Made by a program: the position numbers and the translations under genes. A stretch of 28,192 nt of DNA from a virus (taxonomy: Duplodnaviria; Caudoviricetes): positions 1-28,192 of IMG/VR virus record IMGVR_UViG_3300014050_001597, one strand, 5' to 3'. The notes under the pieces were generated by a model. That model saw only the letters and a list, made by a program, of their open reading frames with translations, searched no databases and was not told where the DNA came from. Within the stretch, counting starts at the first letter, position 1. The number at the start of each line of letters is the position of its first letter. Below are positions 27,169 through 28,192 of this stretch, one piece after another.

Positions 27169-27404
27169 ATAATATAGATTTTAACAAAGACGAAATACCT
27201 GCTGGTTCTGGTTTTTATAAATTCGATCCCGATAGTAATATTTTACTTTATGCCCCAAATGCTGTTTATGCTCCAAACTTCACCCTACTTAAAGAACAAT
27301 ATATGACATACGAATATCCAATAGATGGATGGAGTTGGTTTGAAACTAGAGATGATGCTAATGTGGCTAATGGTATAAAGGAAAATTTACAAATTGACAA
27401 CTAA
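27165..27404 (+). CDS. Small hypothetical protein, possible fibre-assembly chaperone
   Basis: ATGA overlap with the LRR gene; GFYK...LLYAPN...YEYPIDGWSWF. Confidence 0.7.
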   Translation: MNNIDFNKDEIPAGSGFYKFDPDSNILLYAPNAVYAPNFTLLKEQYMTYEYPIDGWSWFETRDDANVANGIKENLQIDN

Positions 27405-27450
27405 TTTTTTTATCTTATTATAAATGACAACATACTAAATAGAGAATATT

Positions 27451-27741
27451 ATGGCATTTAATTTTCCAAGTAATCCAACTCTTAATCAACAAAGTACTCA
27501 AAATGGGCGCATCTACTCATGGTCTGGAACAGCATGGGAATTAGCAGCTAGTGTAGCTTCTCATAAATCTACACATGCTGTTGGAGGATCTGATGCTCTA
27601 GCTCCTAGTGATATAGGAGCAGCACCAACCTCACATTCTCATTCTGGAGCCGACATTATTAGCGGCACAATTTCTAATGATAGACTGTCTGGAAATGCAC
27701 AAGCATCAATCAATCTTTACTTATAGGCAAACTTTAGATAA
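27451..27741 (+). CDS. Mini-fibre protein with probable premature amber at 27724-27726
   Basis: FNFPSNPTLNQ..NGRIYSWSGTAW, HKSTHAVGGSDAL; reads SINLYL-TAG-ANFR-TAA. Confidence 0.6.
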
Positions 27742-27746
27742 TAGGA

Positions 27747-27971
27747 GAATACTATGGAAACTTTCGTGGACAAAAATGTAAACGAACTAGCTATAATACA
27801 GTAAACGGAAAATACAATAATGATGGTATTCCATACCGTATAAATTATGCTGGTATTGGTTACTCTTTTAGAGAAGATATAAATGCTCCGGAAGAAGCAT
27901 TTATTCCTCCCTGTCCTGGAGAAGGATATATCTTAGACGAACAATCTGGATCTTGGATTTTACCTAGTTAG
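27747..27971 (+). pseudogene. 5'-truncated remnant of a common fibre-associated small phage protein
   Basis: Startless frame EYYGNFRGQKCKRTSYNT...PYRINYAGIGYSF...AFIPPCP...W; the RBS-linked ATG at 27754 is out of frame (16 codons). Confidence 0.7.
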
Positions 27972-28004
27972 CCGATTAATAATAAAATATACCTATAACT
28001 ATAA

Positions 28005-28014
28005 GGTGTATTAG
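28005..28014 (+). promoter_or_regulatory. Putative late promoter motif (GGTGTATTAG)
   Basis: TAAGGTGTATTAGAT is identical to the site at 15147; 46 nt upstream of ATG 28051. Confidence 0.65.
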
Positions 28015-28050
28015 ATGTTGTAAATACTATAACTCTTAAAGGGTCAAAAA

Positions 28051-28192
28051 ATGAGTTGGAAAAAAGAAATACCAATTATTCTCAGAACATTAATAAATGA
28101 TCTATCTGATACTCCTACTTATTCTGATGATAGAATTATTCAGGTTATTGCCGTAGCAGCAAAATATGTACAATTTGATATTGTATTGGATC
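28051..28192 (+). CDS. Probable head-tail adaptor protein, partial
   Basis: MSWKKEIPIILRTLINDLSDTPTYSDDRIIQVI resembles the R.LI.D....[FY]SD..I starts of head-completion proteins; open to the window end. Confidence 0.55.
   Translation, partial: MSWKKEIPIILRTLINDLSDTPTYSDDRIIQVIAVAAKYVQFDIVLD

Noticed and set aside
27724-27726. Genome-wide TAG stop-codon reassignment
   Set aside because: glmS ends at its canonical KSVTVE with TAG, and long genes are uninterrupted in the standard code
1-28192. tRNA or rRNA genes
   Set aside because: Intergenic gaps are short and no cloverleaf or T-loop signature was recognised by eye

Overview
AT-rich segment of a large tailed dsDNA phage (Caudoviricetes), probably infecting a Planctomycetota host (inferred from a LEPR-XLL-like leader peptide). 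The left end holds a leftward early-type promoter block: a consensus sigma70 promoter, a sigma54-like site and paired 29-bp palindromes. Next come an internally deleted subtilase-like pseudogene, leftward fcl and glmS, and a small AT-hook DNA-binding gene. A rightward late region follows: a sigma-region-2/Cys-rich factor, probable TerS, gmd, HNH, ERCC4 nuclease, TerL, portal, protease-scaffold, decoration protein and major capsid. About 13 kb of modular fibre/adhesin cassettes then run up to a probable head-tail adaptor gene. Main observations: (1) a GTGTAT motif 40-54 nt upstream of seven late starts, matching the truncated sigma factor and revealing a nested scaffold gene; (2) repeated shaft + adaptor + receptor-binding cassettes with GC-rich swapped-in parts and one deletion scar; (3) an unannotated family of ~33-35 aa peptides closing cassettes; (4) a chlorovirus-like sugar/modification toolkit (GlmS, Gmd, Fcl, 2OG-Fe(II) oxygenase, sulfotransferase) next to a Thr/Pro-rich virion protein. 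All family calls are from motif recognition by eye; no database search was run.
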